Source: Ignavibacteriota bacterium
Lineage (GTDB): Bacteria > Bacteroidota > Ignavibacteria > UBA10030 > UBA6906
DNA length: 64,000 bases
Direction of reading: 5' to 3'
NCBI GenBank assembly: GCA_963801355.1
Contig: CAWDEM010000004.1
Span: forward strand, 1,504,001-1,568,000
Positions 29,143 through 37,282 of this stretch are shown piece by piece. Position numbers and translations under genes: made by a program. Positions within the stretch are counted from its first letter, which is position 1, and each line of letters begins with the position of its first letter. The notes under the pieces are model-generated. The model was not told the DNA's origin and did no database searches. It worked only from the letters and a program-made list of their open reading frames with translations.

Positions 29143-30108
29143 TCAGTTCTGCGCGGGAGCCGACTTGTCCTCCATTGCCGTCTTTTCCATCGCCGACCTT
29201 AGCTCCAAGGGGAGCGTGCGGTAGAGAGCTTGCTTCGATTCGACGGGAAGTCGATCATATGCCGCTTTCTGTTGATCGACAGGGAGTCTGGCGAAGGCGA
29301 GTGTCTTCGCATCAATCGGCAGTGCGGCGTAGATGATCATTCGCTCATCGATCGGTGCTTTGCCCAGCATCTGGCGCTGCTCTGCCGGCGGCGTTTTGAG
29401 GAATGGCTTCATGAATGCCTCGGGTGCCACTCTTTCGGCGAGGGCGGTGGCAGCCTCCACCGGCATGGTTTTCAAGACTGCGTACCGTTCCGCCGGTGCC
29501 ATCGCCTCGAAGGTTTTGAGGCGTTCGGGAACGGCTTGCTTCTCGAACTGGGCTGATGAGAACCTTGCTGCCAGACTGGCCTTTGCTGAAGCATCCAGTG
29601 CGGCATACGCAGCGTTCAGTTCAGCTGCGTCGGTCCGGAGGGCGAGTGCCGTCCGGTCAAGTGCACTCATGTTCGAGAAGAAGGAGTTGCGCTCGGCAGG
29701 GCTCATACGCTCCAACGCTGCTTTCAGTGCCTCGGGAGCAGTGCGGTCAAGTATTGCGGATGCATGTTCCTGCGCAAAACGAGCAAAGATTGCCGCCCGG
29801 GCTTCCATCGCCTGCTTGCCCACCAGTTCTGTCTTTTTCTCCACCGCCATGCGATCGAATGCCTCCACGGTCGCAGCCACCGAACTTCCTCCACCGGCTG
29901 CTTCCTGTCCGGCTAGCTGGACGTCAGCTTCTTTGATCTGCTCTGATCGGTACTTTGCGGCCGCCCCAATCGTTCCCGTGGCTTCATCGCTCGTAGTGGG
30001 CGGGTAGAAGAACGAAAAGTAGACGACAGCAAGAATGGCAAGCAAGGCACCACCAATCAGCCAAGGTGTCTTCTTGCTCTTCGACGCTTTGTTCTCTTGA
30101 CTCTCCAT
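29143..30108 (-). CDS. Membrane-anchored protein with about 19 twelve-residue helical repeats
   Basis: Basic N-terminus plus one TM helix; repeats such as AFARLPVDQQKA / AYDRLPVESKQA; AGGAGG RBS. Confidence 0.85.
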   Translation of the reverse strand: MESQENKASKSKKTPWLIGGALLAILAVVYFSFFYPPTTSDEATGTIGAAAKYRSEQIKEADVQLAGQEAAGGGSSVAATVEAFDRMAVEKKTELVGKQAMEARAAIFARFAQEHASAILDRTAPEALKAALERMSPAERNSFFSNMSALDRTALALRTDAAELNAAYAALDASAKASLAARFSSAQFEKQAVPERLKTFEAMAPAERYAVLKTMPVEAATALAERVAPEAFMKPFLKTPPAEQRQMLGKAPIDERMIIYAALPIDAKTLAFARLPVDQQKAAYDRLPVESKQALYRTLPLELRSAMEKTAMEDKSAPAQN

Positions 30109-30169
30109 TGTAGCCTCCTGTAATGTATGGTAATAACGCCCTGTGTTATCTGCGGTAGCTCTATCCGAA

Positions 30170-30195
30170 TTACGTCCGGGCTACCTGCGAGTTCA
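30170..30195 (-). promoter_or_regulatory. SigW-like ECF promoter upstream of the repeat protein
   Basis: Minus strand TGAAC-N16-CGTAA. Confidence 0.5.
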
Positions 30196-30203
30196 AATAT
30201 GTT

Positions 30204-31001
30204 TCACTGTTTCGGTTTGGTGGCCGCTCCGCCTCCGTCAAAAAGATCATGCTCGTACACAGATACGCCGTTTTCGAAGAATGTGAGGCGGACAGGTTCC
30301 GTATTCGAAGCCGGACGGCTGAAAACAAGGCGTAAATCCTTGACCTGATTCCCCCGGACGATGACTTTCCCGGGGAGGAGTTCCAGCGTGGTTTGTGCGT
30401 ATCCCGGCCGGCTCATGAAACGGACGGTTCTAGACCCGATATCGATCTGGAGGCGGGCCTCCAGCGGGGTGGAGCAGTCGAGCTGGACAGTCATTGCGTC
30501 CAGAGTTCCCTCGCTGAGCGTCTCAATGCTTCCCTTTGCGGCAGAGGTGAGGATGGCATGAGTTTTCCAGAGATTCTGGTCGGCGTGCCGCGCGATCATG
30601 GAACCCGCCACGTCCTGCTCGCTAATGGTGCTCCGCTGGACTGCGCTGAGTACCAGGGCAAGAGAGACTCCTCCCAGGGCGATCCCTCCCACGAAAGCAT
30701 ATACCAACCGCAGGTCCCGCAGAGGAAAAACCACCCGGGCCAGGGTCTCCTGGATCCTGCGTGGCTGCCGTTGAATGGTTTGTTGTGCCTCGATCGCACG
30801 CCGGACTGCAGGCCTAAGGCCTGGAGGCGGCTCAGCCGGACGGCTCTCCGAGTAGAGACGCAAGAGACCGTGCAGGTCCTCGCGGAGGGCCCTCGCATCA
30901 TCGTCCTTCGCGAGGAGCGTATCGAGTGTGCGTCGTTCCCTTTCGGTCAAGACGCCGTCAATTTCCCTGTTCAGGAGTTCTGTGGTTTTACTAGTGCTCA
31001 T
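30204..31001 (-). CDS. Transmembrane anti-sigma factor
   Basis: Directly downstream of and overlapping the ECF sigma; anti-sigma-domain-like N-terminus (LLNREIDGVLT), PP linker, single TM helix, beta-rich periplasmic domain. Confidence 0.8.
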   Translation of the reverse strand: MSTSKTTELLNREIDGVLTERERRTLDTLLAKDDDARALREDLHGLLRLYSESRPAEPPPGLRPAVRRAIEAQQTIQRQPRRIQETLARVVFPLRDLRLVYAFVGGIALGGVSLALVLSAVQRSTISEQDVAGSMIARHADQNLWKTHAILTSAAKGSIETLSEGTLDAMTVQLDCSTPLEARLQIDIGSRTVRFMSRPGYAQTTLELLPGKVIVRGNQVKDLRLVFSRPASNTEPVRLTFFENGVSVYEHDLFDGGGAATKPKQ

Positions 31002-31548
31002 GGAATCGCAGCCCCTTTTTCACCAGCACTGTCCGCAGTTGCACCCGCGCGGAGAACAGCCTTGACTTCACCTTCTTCTCTGATATCTCCAGAATTGCGC
31101 CGATTTCTTCGTATGTCAATTCCTCAAAATGCCTCAGAACCAAAACCGCGCGCTGTTGTACGTTCAGCTCCAGAAGCCCGCTTCTGAGAATCTCCTCAGT
31201 GTCTTCCCGTTCTTCAGTTTCTTCCGGACCCGGTTCACCGGAAGCCATTTGATCGCTCAGCGGAGCGTGTTTCCTGTCGTGTTCCAGATGATCCAGCGCC
31301 CCGTTGACCAGAATCCGATAGAGCCAGCTGAAAAACCTGTATTTGGGATTAAATGTCCACAAACGCTCATAAGCCTTTACGAATGCCTCCTGGGTGATTT
31401 CTTCAGCTGCATCGTAATCCCCGGTCATGCGGAGCGCCACGTTGAACATCGTCTTTTGGTACTTGCCGACAAGTTCGTCAAACGCTTTTGCGTCACTGCT
31501 CACGCACTGTCTGACGAGTTCTCTGTCGTGGCTGTCTGCATCTTTCAT
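30991..31548 (-). CDS. ECF sigma-70 factor (SigW/RpoE-like)
   Basis: AEEITQEAFVKAY, FFSWLYRI, LTYEEIGAIL, VKSRLFSAR. Confidence 0.95.
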   Translation of the reverse strand: MKDADSHDRELVRQCVSSDAKAFDELVGKYQKTMFNVALRMTGDYDAAEEITQEAFVKAYERLWTFNPKYRFFSWLYRILVNGALDHLEHDRKHAPLSDQMASGEPGPEETEEREDTEEILRSGLLELNVQQRAVLVLRHFEELTYEEIGAILEISEKKVKSRLFSARVQLRTVLVKKGLRFHEH

Positions 31549-31578
31549 AAATACCCGGCAGGGGGCAAAAAGTTGGTC

Positions 31579-31872
31579 CTATTCACTGTCGTCGATCGGG
31601 AAGACCAGGTCAAACCGGGCGATCATGAATACATCCCGAACGAATTTGGTCAATTTGACCAGAATGAGCGTCTGGCCGGAGTCGCTCAGTCGCTTTTGTG
31701 CCTTCAGGAGCACACCCAGGCCCGCGCTCGAGATGTACTCCAGATTCTGGAAATTGACACGGCTGGTTGTTACCACCCGGTCGAACACAGCACTGGCGAC
31801 CTCGACTTGTGAAGCGTCGAATCTGCCCGCGAGCAGTATTTCGCCGTCGTCCTGCACAGTAACCGTAAGCAT
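31579..31872 (-). CDS. STAS anti-anti-sigma factor (RsbV/SpoIIAA-like)
   Basis: LAGRFDA, LEYISSAGLGVLL with the phosphoacceptor Ser. Confidence 0.92.
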   Translation of the reverse strand: MLTVTVQDDGEILLAGRFDASQVEVASAVFDRVVTTSRVNFQNLEYISSAGLGVLLKAQKRLSDSGQTLILVKLTKFVRDVFMIARFDLVFPIDDSE

Positions 31873-31873
31873 G

Positions 31874-32296
31874 CTAGGTCTCCAGTGTTTTGCTGAATGA
31901 GATTGTGCTCCGCCCGTTGGAGTACGAGTAGGTGAGGTTCTCCACCAGCTGCTTTACGAGGTGAATGCCTAGCCCGCCAATTCTGCGGCGCTCCAGGGGG
32001 AGAGACGTGTCGACTTCAGCTGCGTTCGTAATGTCAAAGGGTTCAACGTCCGTGTCCACCATGGTAACCACAAGTGTATTGCCGTTCCTTGTGACACCTA
32101 TGCTGATGTCCTGCCGACCCCCGCGGGCATGGCGGATGATATTTGTGAAGAGTTCTTCAACAGCCAGTGCGATTGCAGACGCGCTATCACGGTCTGCACG
32201 GTACGTCGACATGCACGTTTCCATGAAGTCGAATACATTCTCAAGCGCAGCCATATCTCTGCGGAACGAGCGTTCCATGGGAGTATTGTCTCTCAC
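31874..32296 (-). CDS. Anti-sigma Ser kinase (RsbW/SpoIIAB-like HATPase)
   Basis: LAVEELFTNIIRH, PFD, GGLGIHLV; start may be ATG 32278. Confidence 0.92.
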   Translation of the reverse strand: MRDNTPMERSFRRDMAALENVFDFMETCMSTYRADRDSASAIALAVEELFTNIIRHARGGRQDISIGVTRNGNTLVVTMVDTDVEPFDITNAAEVDTSLPLERRRIGGLGIHLVKQLVENLTYSYSNGRSTISFSKTLET

Positions 32297-33597
32297 GGAG
32301 AAAGCCGCTTGACCACGACGAGGGTGATGTCGTCGTGCTGCGGTGCGCTGCCCGTGTGCTGCTTCACCGCCGCAACGATGCGCTCGATGATGGCCGGAGC
32401 TGATGCGTGCCTGCAGTCAGGGAGGAGGGCATCCAGCTGTGTCTGGCCGAATTGTTGTTCCTGGACATCCATTGCCTCCGTGACTCCATCGGAGAATACC
32501 ACAAGCAGGTCGTCAGGCTGGAGCGTAATGGTTTCTTCCTCGAACGGGAAATTGTCGATAATGCTCAGTGGTGCTCCTCCGGTGGAGAGCCGGGTCGGCC
32601 CGGTGGCGCTGGTGAAAAGGTAAGGATGCTCATGCCCGGCGTTGACATAGGTGAGCGTATGGTTGGTGATGTCCAGTACGGCATAGAAGAGAGTGACGAA
32701 TTTTTCCGGGCTGGTGCTTTGAAGAAGCAATTTGTTCGCCCGTTGAATGCAGAGCTGTGGCGGTGAATTCGTAAGACTCTGGCTCCGCAGCGTTGCCTGC
32801 ACGTTGGCCATGAGCAAAGAGGCGGGGAGCCCTTTCCCGGAGACGTCACCAAGGCATATACCGAGGCGCCCCCCTTCGATAGCGATGAAATCGAAATAGT
32901 CGCCTCCGACATCCTGTGCCGGGATCGTACGACCGGCAATTTCGTATCCCGGGACATCGGGAAACACCTGGGGGAGGAGATCCGCCTGGATCCGTGCAGC
33001 GAGCCGGATCTCTTCTTTCATGCGTAGAAGCGCCTGTTCCGACTCATAGAGGCGGGCATTCTCGATCACTTGTGCGGACTGGCCTGCAATGATCGCCAGA
33101 AGCCGCTGATCGTCCTCGGTAAACCCGGCCTCGGTCTTCTTGTTATAGACCGTCAGAACACCCCGCACTTCTCCTTTGACCATGAGCGGGACGCACAGCA
33201 GCGACCTCACTGAGTCATCCCACCGCACCCCTTGAAAGCGCGGATCCTCCCGCGGTTTGTTCAGTGCAATGGGCATCCGGTGCAGCTGCATCCAGCCAAG
33301 CAGGCTTTCGTTGAAATGGTACGGCTGTCCAGCGGCTGAACGCACCATGGTGCGCACCAGGGTTTTCATGGGCTCATGAGACTTTTGGTCAACCATGGTG
33401 ATGACACCCTGTTCCGCCTGGATCGCACGCACAGACCGGTGGATAATGGTGCGCATGATCTCCTGGGAATTGGTCACGCCGCCAATGGCACGTGCCAGGT
33501 CATTAAGAGTCGAGAGTTCCTCCACCGCATGCCGGAGACGTCGGTTTTCATCCTCAACGACAGGCATCGGCCTTTCTCTGGGGGTATCTGGAGTCAT
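32293..33597 (-). CDS. GAF plus PP2C (SpoIIE/RsbU-like) phosphatase
   Basis: GAF (SLLCVPL...FTEDD), ARIQADLLP, VGGDYFD, GDVSGKG, NAGH, FSDGVTEA, DDITL. Confidence 0.95.
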   Translation of the reverse strand: MTPDTPRERPMPVVEDENRRLRHAVEELSTLNDLARAIGGVTNSQEIMRTIIHRSVRAIQAEQGVITMVDQKSHEPMKTLVRTMVRSAAGQPYHFNESLLGWMQLHRMPIALNKPREDPRFQGVRWDDSVRSLLCVPLMVKGEVRGVLTVYNKKTEAGFTEDDQRLLAIIAGQSAQVIENARLYESEQALLRMKEEIRLAARIQADLLPQVFPDVPGYEIAGRTIPAQDVGGDYFDFIAIEGGRLGICLGDVSGKGLPASLLMANVQATLRSQSLTNSPPQLCIQRANKLLLQSTSPEKFVTLFYAVLDITNHTLTYVNAGHEHPYLFTSATGPTRLSTGGAPLSIIDNFPFEEETITLQPDDLLVVFSDGVTEAMDVQEQQFGQTQLDALLPDCRHASAPAIIERIVAAVKQHTGSAPQHDDITLVVVKRLSP

Positions 33598-33628
33598 AGG
33601 GTGATTCTCCGTTGGTATGGTGTAAACA

Positions 33629-35035
33629 TCAGACGGTGTAGACTCCCAGCCGCGTCAAAACACTGCGCATGACGTCAGGCTTGTCAGTGACCACGCCGTT
33701 GACCCCCGCCACGATGGAATGGTACATTTGCGCGGGATCGTTGATTGTCCAGTGAAGAACGGTCGTGAGCATGCTCTGACGGTTATAGTCGCGATCGCGG
33801 GTGGCTTCGATAATTTCCTCCAGATCACCGGACCGGAATCGTGTGCCGATCGATACGATGGTATTCCCCATATCCCGCGCGACGGCAAGGGGATTCTTTT
33901 TTATCCCGAACATCGCCGCGAAACTCCCGGCGGCGTCGAAGGCGAATTCGCACCGTTCTTCCCCCGACTGCCGGAGCCCTTCCTTGAGACTCTCGAGTAC
34001 CCTCTTGCTTGAGTTGGCAATTACCAGGCGCTCGGGGAGTACGGGATACCGGCGCAATGACGCTCCCAGCGTGGCCCCGTACACCTCATACCGCTTCCGG
34101 TCGTCTTCATCCCAGTAGGGATTCTTCACGTCGAAAAAGAGCAGCTTCACGCGTTGCACTTCTCCCGACACAAATGTCAGGAACTCGTCGAGGTCCGGGA
34201 TGGGGTACTCTGCGCCTTTGACGTGATGATACTTGTACCAGTGCCGGACCTGGTCGAGGTTCAACTTCAGAATATCAAACGATTGGCCGGACCACATGTG
34301 CCTCCGGCGTGCGATTCGGTAATCTCCATCCTTCAGCTCTTTGATCAGTGCGGTCTCTCCGTCAAATTCGGGCGACACGAGCTCGTACGGAAAGTCCTCG
34401 AACACGATCCGCGTGCTGTCGGGACTGGCATCGTGAAATATGACAATACGTTTGTCTTTTGTCAGACAGAGATCGAACTCCAGTCCGTTCGCCCCGATGT
34501 CTATCGCCTCGCGGAAAGAGGCTATGGTATTCTCGGGGAGGCGGTACGGTGCCCCGCGATGGCCGATGACGTACAACCGCCGCAGTGGCACTCTCAGCAG
34601 CAGGGGGGATTCCGGAGACGTCGAGACGCTCACGTCATCGTCTCGGAAGAACTCATTCGTCTCGTACCCATCGTCCCAGCCTGAATCCCATACCGGGATG
34701 CGGGCCGGGCAATAGACAGGAAGCATGTGAGGTTGGATCTCGCTCGGATGATGGAGGGCTCTGGTGGCCTTCGAGAAATTGCGCTTGTCAAACGAGACAC
34801 GGAGAAAGTGATCCGCACTCACGCGATAGCGGCGGTTGGTGGAGTAGAACAAGTGACGGACCGGATCCGGAGTCAGGGTCAACAGGTTCTCCGGATCCTC
34901 CGGATCATCCGGATCGACCTCTGCGAGCTGCACCTCTATGCCGTCGAATATGGGGAAGCCTGCCCAGTCTTCGGCGGTGTCGGTGACGGGATCATACAGG
35001 ACGACTTTGACGTAGAGGGGTTTCATACCGGTCAC
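33629..35035 (-). CDS. Glycerophosphodiester phosphodiesterase family protein with N-terminal extension
   Basis: IGHRGA...PENTIASF, LEFDLCLTKD...IFHD, WTIND, GVNGVVTDKP. Confidence 0.85.
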   Translation of the reverse strand: MTGMKPLYVKVVLYDPVTDTAEDWAGFPIFDGIEVQLAEVDPDDPEDPENLLTLTPDPVRHLFYSTNRRYRVSADHFLRVSFDKRNFSKATRALHHPSEIQPHMLPVYCPARIPVWDSGWDDGYETNEFFRDDDVSVSTSPESPLLLRVPLRRLYVIGHRGAPYRLPENTIASFREAIDIGANGLEFDLCLTKDKRIVIFHDASPDSTRIVFEDFPYELVSPEFDGETALIKELKDGDYRIARRRHMWSGQSFDILKLNLDQVRHWYKYHHVKGAEYPIPDLDEFLTFVSGEVQRVKLLFFDVKNPYWDEDDRKRYEVYGATLGASLRRYPVLPERLVIANSSKRVLESLKEGLRQSGEERCEFAFDAAGSFAAMFGIKKNPLAVARDMGNTIVSIGTRFRSGDLEEIIEATRDRDYNRQSMLTTVLHWTINDPAQMYHSIVAGVNGVVTDKPDVMRSVLTRLGVYTV

Positions 35036-37257
35036 AGGCTCCGCTTCCAGAAATCCAGCATAGTGGTATACAGGTGCACCCGCGCCGCGGGATCTGAGAT
35101 GCCATGCATGCGCATCGGGTACACCATCAGTTCAAATAATTTCCCGGCCTTGATCAATTCGTCGCTAAACGCCCAGGTATTCTGTATGTGGACGTTGTCG
35201 TCGTAGGTGCCATGAATGATCATGAGGTGTCCGTGCAGATCCTTCGCATACTTCAGGAGCGAGACCGCTTCGTATCCCTCTCTGTTCTCGGCCTCGGTTT
35301 TCATCGCTGCCTCACCCCACTTGGTGTCATAGAAGCGCACGTCGGACACGCCGGCTACGGCGACACCGGCTTTAAATTCCGCTGAACGAGTCATGCCGAG
35401 CATGGTGTATGACCCGCCGCCGCTCCACCCCCAGATGCCGATGCGGCTTGAATCCACGAACGCTTGCGCTTTCATCCACCGTGCCGCATCGATCAGGTCA
35501 TGCAGCTCGATTTCCCCCATGATGCGGTGGAGAACAAGGTTCTCCAGCTTCTTGCTGATCCCCGTCGCCGACCGGGGGTCCACCCGGGCCACAAGGTAGC
35601 CGTTGTCCGCGAGAATATTGTCCCAGACGACATCGCGCTGCCAGCTGTTCACCACCTGCGGGGCCGACGGGCCGCCGTACACGAAGAAAATCACAGGATA
35701 CTTCCGCGAAGGATTAAAGTCGCGCGGCTTCACGATCTGTGCGGGGAGTGGAAAACCATCTCGTGCCGGGATGGTGAAGAACGACGGGTACTGTATCCCC
35801 CTGGCGGCAAACTTTTCCGCGTTGGGTGCTGCGAGAGTAAGGATCGTGTCCCCGGAGGAACGATGGAGCGTCAGCCGGGGAGGAGTTGAGGCATTCGAAA
35901 ACCTGTCAGCGTAATATCTGCCGTCCGGGCTGAAGACAATACTATGCGAACCGTCTTCCCGGGAGAGCCGCTTCATCCCGGAGCCATCAAAACGGATGCG
36001 ATAGAGATGGCGCTCGATTGAGGCCTTCTCAAGCGCAGTGAAGAAGAGCCACCCGTTCTGTTCATCCAGCCCGACAATGGAACGCTGCACCCAGGCAACA
36101 CCGCCGGAGCCGGAAAATGTCGCCCATGAACCTCTGGTTATCTGATTCACCAGCTTTCCGTCGAGTGTGTACCGGTACAGGTGTTTGTACCCGTCTCGCT
36201 CCGAGGACCAGATGAAGTGCTTTCCATCCCTCAGAAACAGCAAGTCGTCGTCAATGTTTACCCATCCGGAATCTGTTTCTTTGAGTATGTGTGCGGCCTT
36301 GCCCGTAGCCCGATCGGCAAAGAGGAGGTCTTTCGCGGTCTGGAGCCGGTTCATCGTTTGCACACTCACACGGTTTCCGTCGGGAAGCCACTGGACACGC
36401 ACAATGTATTCGTGCTGTTGAGTGCTCAGATCTACCCAGGTGGTTGTTCCACGCCGGATATCCGCAATCCCGAGCCTCACCGACGGGTTCTTTTCGCCGA
36501 CTTTCGGGTAGCGCTGCGTGATGACACGGGGGGTCCATGGCTTGAAGTCCACGTAGTGTTGAACGCTGACGCCGGATTCTTCCGTGCGCAGGAACGCGAC
36601 AGAGCGCGAATCCGGGGACCACCAGTAACCGATATCATGACGTCCGTAAATTTCTTCCCAGTATACCCAGGAGAGCGTGCCATTCCGGATGCTGTCGCAC
36701 CCGTCAGCGGTTAACCGGAGTTCGGTCTTTGTGCCGCGGTCGAACACATACAGGTCGTTCGCCCTGACGTAGGTCACCTTTTCACCGTCGGGTGACAGGC
36801 GAGCACATGTTTCCTTGTCGGTGGTTTTGGTGATGCGGGAGAAGGCTGCGGTGGGAATATCCAGGATGACGAGATCTCCACCGAAGTCGTACAGTGCAGT
36901 CGCTCCCTTGCCGTCGATGTCCTGCGGGAACGGAAGGCTTGGCGGGGCGGCGCCTTCACCCAGGAGGGATTTCAGCTGCTCGCGCGCCCCGGTTGCATCC
37001 AGCATGGGTGTGCGAATGCCTGAGGAAGGGTCCAGCAGCTCGAGAGTGCGATCGGCGGGAAGTTTGCGGGAGTCGTACAAAATTGCCTGGCTGCTGGAGA
37101 GCCACCGCACGGTTGGTGTCGCCGCCATCCGCGAGACTTCAGATGAAAACATCCACTCAACGGTCGGCCGCTGAATTTCCTGGGCGGAACCGGGTAGGCG
37201 GCAAACCCCGAGAAGCGTGATGACAACACTTACAACAGAGAACCTGTGGATATGCAT
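35032..37257 (-). CDS. Dipeptidyl-peptidase IV family (S9B) peptidase
   Basis: Signal peptide; WVYWEEI, YPKVG, YGGP, GWSGGG, HGTYDDNVH, catalytic His in the C-terminal segment. Confidence 0.95.
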   Translation of the reverse strand: MHIHRFSVVSVVITLLGVCRLPGSAQEIQRPTVEWMFSSEVSRMAATPTVRWLSSSQAILYDSRKLPADRTLELLDPSSGIRTPMLDATGAREQLKSLLGEGAAPPSLPFPQDIDGKGATALYDFGGDLVILDIPTAAFSRITKTTDKETCARLSPDGEKVTYVRANDLYVFDRGTKTELRLTADGCDSIRNGTLSWVYWEEIYGRHDIGYWWSPDSRSVAFLRTEESGVSVQHYVDFKPWTPRVITQRYPKVGEKNPSVRLGIADIRRGTTTWVDLSTQQHEYIVRVQWLPDGNRVSVQTMNRLQTAKDLLFADRATGKAAHILKETDSGWVNIDDDLLFLRDGKHFIWSSERDGYKHLYRYTLDGKLVNQITRGSWATFSGSGGVAWVQRSIVGLDEQNGWLFFTALEKASIERHLYRIRFDGSGMKRLSREDGSHSIVFSPDGRYYADRFSNASTPPRLTLHRSSGDTILTLAAPNAEKFAARGIQYPSFFTIPARDGFPLPAQIVKPRDFNPSRKYPVIFFVYGGPSAPQVVNSWQRDVVWDNILADNGYLVARVDPRSATGISKKLENLVLHRIMGEIELHDLIDAARWMKAQAFVDSSRIGIWGWSGGGSYTMLGMTRSAEFKAGVAVAGVSDVRFYDTKWGEAAMKTEAENREGYEAVSLLKYAKDLHGHLMIIHGTYDDNVHIQNTWAFSDELIKAGKLFELMVYPMRMHGISDPAARVHLYTTMLDFWKRSL

Positions 37258-37282
37258 GCTGAGGGATTCCGGTTTATGAGTG

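Noticed and set aside
30204-31001. Zinc-binding (ZAS) anti-sigma
   Set aside because: The HxxxCxxC motif is absent (LLAKDDDAR at that position).
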